Source: the human T2T-CHM13v2.0 reference genome, Homo sapiens
Strand: one strand, 5' to 3'
Length of the DNA: 64,000 nucleotides
Assembly: GCF_009914755.1 (NCBI RefSeq)
Contig: NC_060944.1
In this document: positions 63,101 to 64,000 of the stretch, one piece after another
Layout: every line of letters starts with the position of its first letter
How positions within the stretch are numbered: the stretch's first letter is position 1
Made by a program: the position numbers and the translations under genes
Notes under the pieces: generated by a model
Told to the model about the DNA's origin: nothing
Seen by the model: the letters and a program-made list of their open reading frames with translations, nothing else
Databases searched by the model: none

Positions 63101-64000
63101 TTCCAACGAAATCCTCAAATCTAGCCAAATATCCACTTGCAGACTCCACAAAAAGAGTGTTTCAAAACTGTACTGTCAAAAGAAATGTTCAACTGTGTTA
63201 GTTGAGGACACACATCAGAGACTAGCTTCTGAGAATGCTTCTGTCCAGTTGTTAAGGGAAGATATTTCCTTTTTCAACATAGGCCTGAAACCGCTTCAAA
63301 TGTCCACTTCCAGATACTGCAAAGAGAGTGTTTCAAACCTTCTCTATGAAAGGGCATGTTCTCCTCTGTGACGTCAATGCAAACATCCCAAAGAAGTTTC
63401 TGAGAATGCTTCTGTCTGGATTTTATCTGAAGACAATCCCGTTTCCAACGAAATACTCAAAGATATGCAAATATGCTCCTGCAGATTCTACAAAAAGAGT
63501 GTTTCAAAACTGCTCTATGAAAAGAAAGGTTCGACTCTGTTAGTAGAGGGCACACATCACAAACAAGTTGCCGAGAATGCTTCTGTCTGGTTTTTATGGG
63601 AAGATATTTCCTTTTCCAACACAAGCCTGAATGCGCTCCAAATGGACACTTCCAGATACGACAAAAGGAGTGTTTCAAAGCTGTTCTATGAAAGGGAACG
63701 TTCCATTCTGTGACTTGAATGCAAACATCACCAAGTAGTTTCTCAGAACGCTGCTGTCTGCTTTTTATATGTATTCCCGTTTCCAACGAAATCGTCAAAG
63801 CCAGCCAAATATCCACTTGCAGGTTCCACAAAAAGAGTGTGTCAAAACTGCTCTCTCAAAAGACATGTTCAACTCTGTCAGTTGAGGACACACATCACAA
63901 AGAAGTTTGTGAGAATGCTTCTGTCTAGTTTTTATGGGAAGATATTTCCTTTTTCACCATAGGCCACAACGCGCTCCACATGTCCACTTCCAGGGAATGG
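57160..64000 (-). repeat. Recent tandem duplication of a 24-mer (3 x 8-mer, 4080-bp period), truncated by the window end; start approximate
   Basis: Private variants paired at +4080: 57301/61381, 57491/61571, 57571/61651, 57901/61981, 58301/62381, 59171/63251. Confidence 0.9.

Larger units (their letters stand above)
1..64000 (-). repeat. Centromeric alpha-satellite higher-order repeat array (SF2-type D1/D2 dimeric organisation; 1360-bp 8-mer with 16-mer super-structure)
   Basis: ~171-bp tandem monomers throughout with typical alphoid motifs (gagaatgcttctgtct, aaaaagagtgtttcaaaactgctct, ttgaatgcaaacatcacaaagaagttt). The CENP-B box reverse complement tcccgtttccaacgaaa occurs in every second monomer. 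A unit marker recurs 49 times (324, 1684, 3043 ... 63719), and 42 of 48 intervals are 1358-1360 bp. Strand is that on which the box reads TTTCGTTGGAAACGGGA. Confidence 0.99.

Noticed and set aside
200-63928. Hundreds of 60-240 aa ORFs on both strands (e.g. 38178-38900, 240 aa)
   Set aside because: They recur with the satellite period, overlap in several frames, often start at GTG/TTG, and open or close through random substitutions and 1-bp indels. They show no recognisable domain and are translation artefacts of alpha satellite.
1-64000. CRISPR-like repeat/spacer pattern (conserved blocks separated by variable sequence)
   Set aside because: The apparent spacers are homologous parts of ~171-bp monomers, not unique sequences. 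There are no cas genes or leader.
1-64000. Transposon insertion (L1/Alu), inversion or non-alphoid island
   Set aside because: All 48 marker intervals are explained by whole-monomer arithmetic (1358-1360, 1531, 680, 1018), and every CENP-B box has the same orientation. No room is left for an insertion or strand switch.
1-64000. Assignment to SF1 8-mer arrays (chr10 D10Z1, chr12 D12Z3)
   Set aside because: The monomers read ccaacgaaatcctcaaa and cttccagatactac-like, which I recognise as SF2 D1/D2. The SF1 J-type signatures (ccaacgaaggcctcaaagaggtctgaat, gcggctgaaatctcc) are absent. This is from recall of consensus sequences, not from an alignment.

Overview
The whole 64 kb window is one uninterrupted, single-orientation array of centromeric alpha-satellite DNA (primate, most likely human), about 376 monomers of ~171 bp. 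A-type (pJalpha-position) and B-type (CENP-B box) monomers alternate, and the sequence looks like the suprachromosomal family 2 (D1/D2) type. The basic higher-order repeat (HOR) is a 1360-bp 8-mer, here named m1-m8, with monomer lengths 171,171,167,171,171,171,167,171, i.e. two related 680-bp tetramers. Two 8-mer haplotypes often alternate to give a ~2720-bp 16-mer. This fits chr20 D20Z2 best, but chr18, chr14/22 or great-ape SF2 arrays cannot be excluded without alignment. I found no genes, RNA genes, transposons, inversions or CRISPR arrays; the ORF track is an artefact of the repeat. I do not see a new gene-encoded system. The points of interest are structural: a 9-mer that breaks the A/B phase, a 4-mer, a twice-copied 12-mer with junctions at or near CENP-B boxes, nested local duplications (1360, 2720, 3396, 4080 and 11560 bp offsets), a left-to-right gradient from broken to intact CENP-B boxes, and a perfect CRE palindrome in 43 of 45 copies of one monomer. 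All counts were made by eye.
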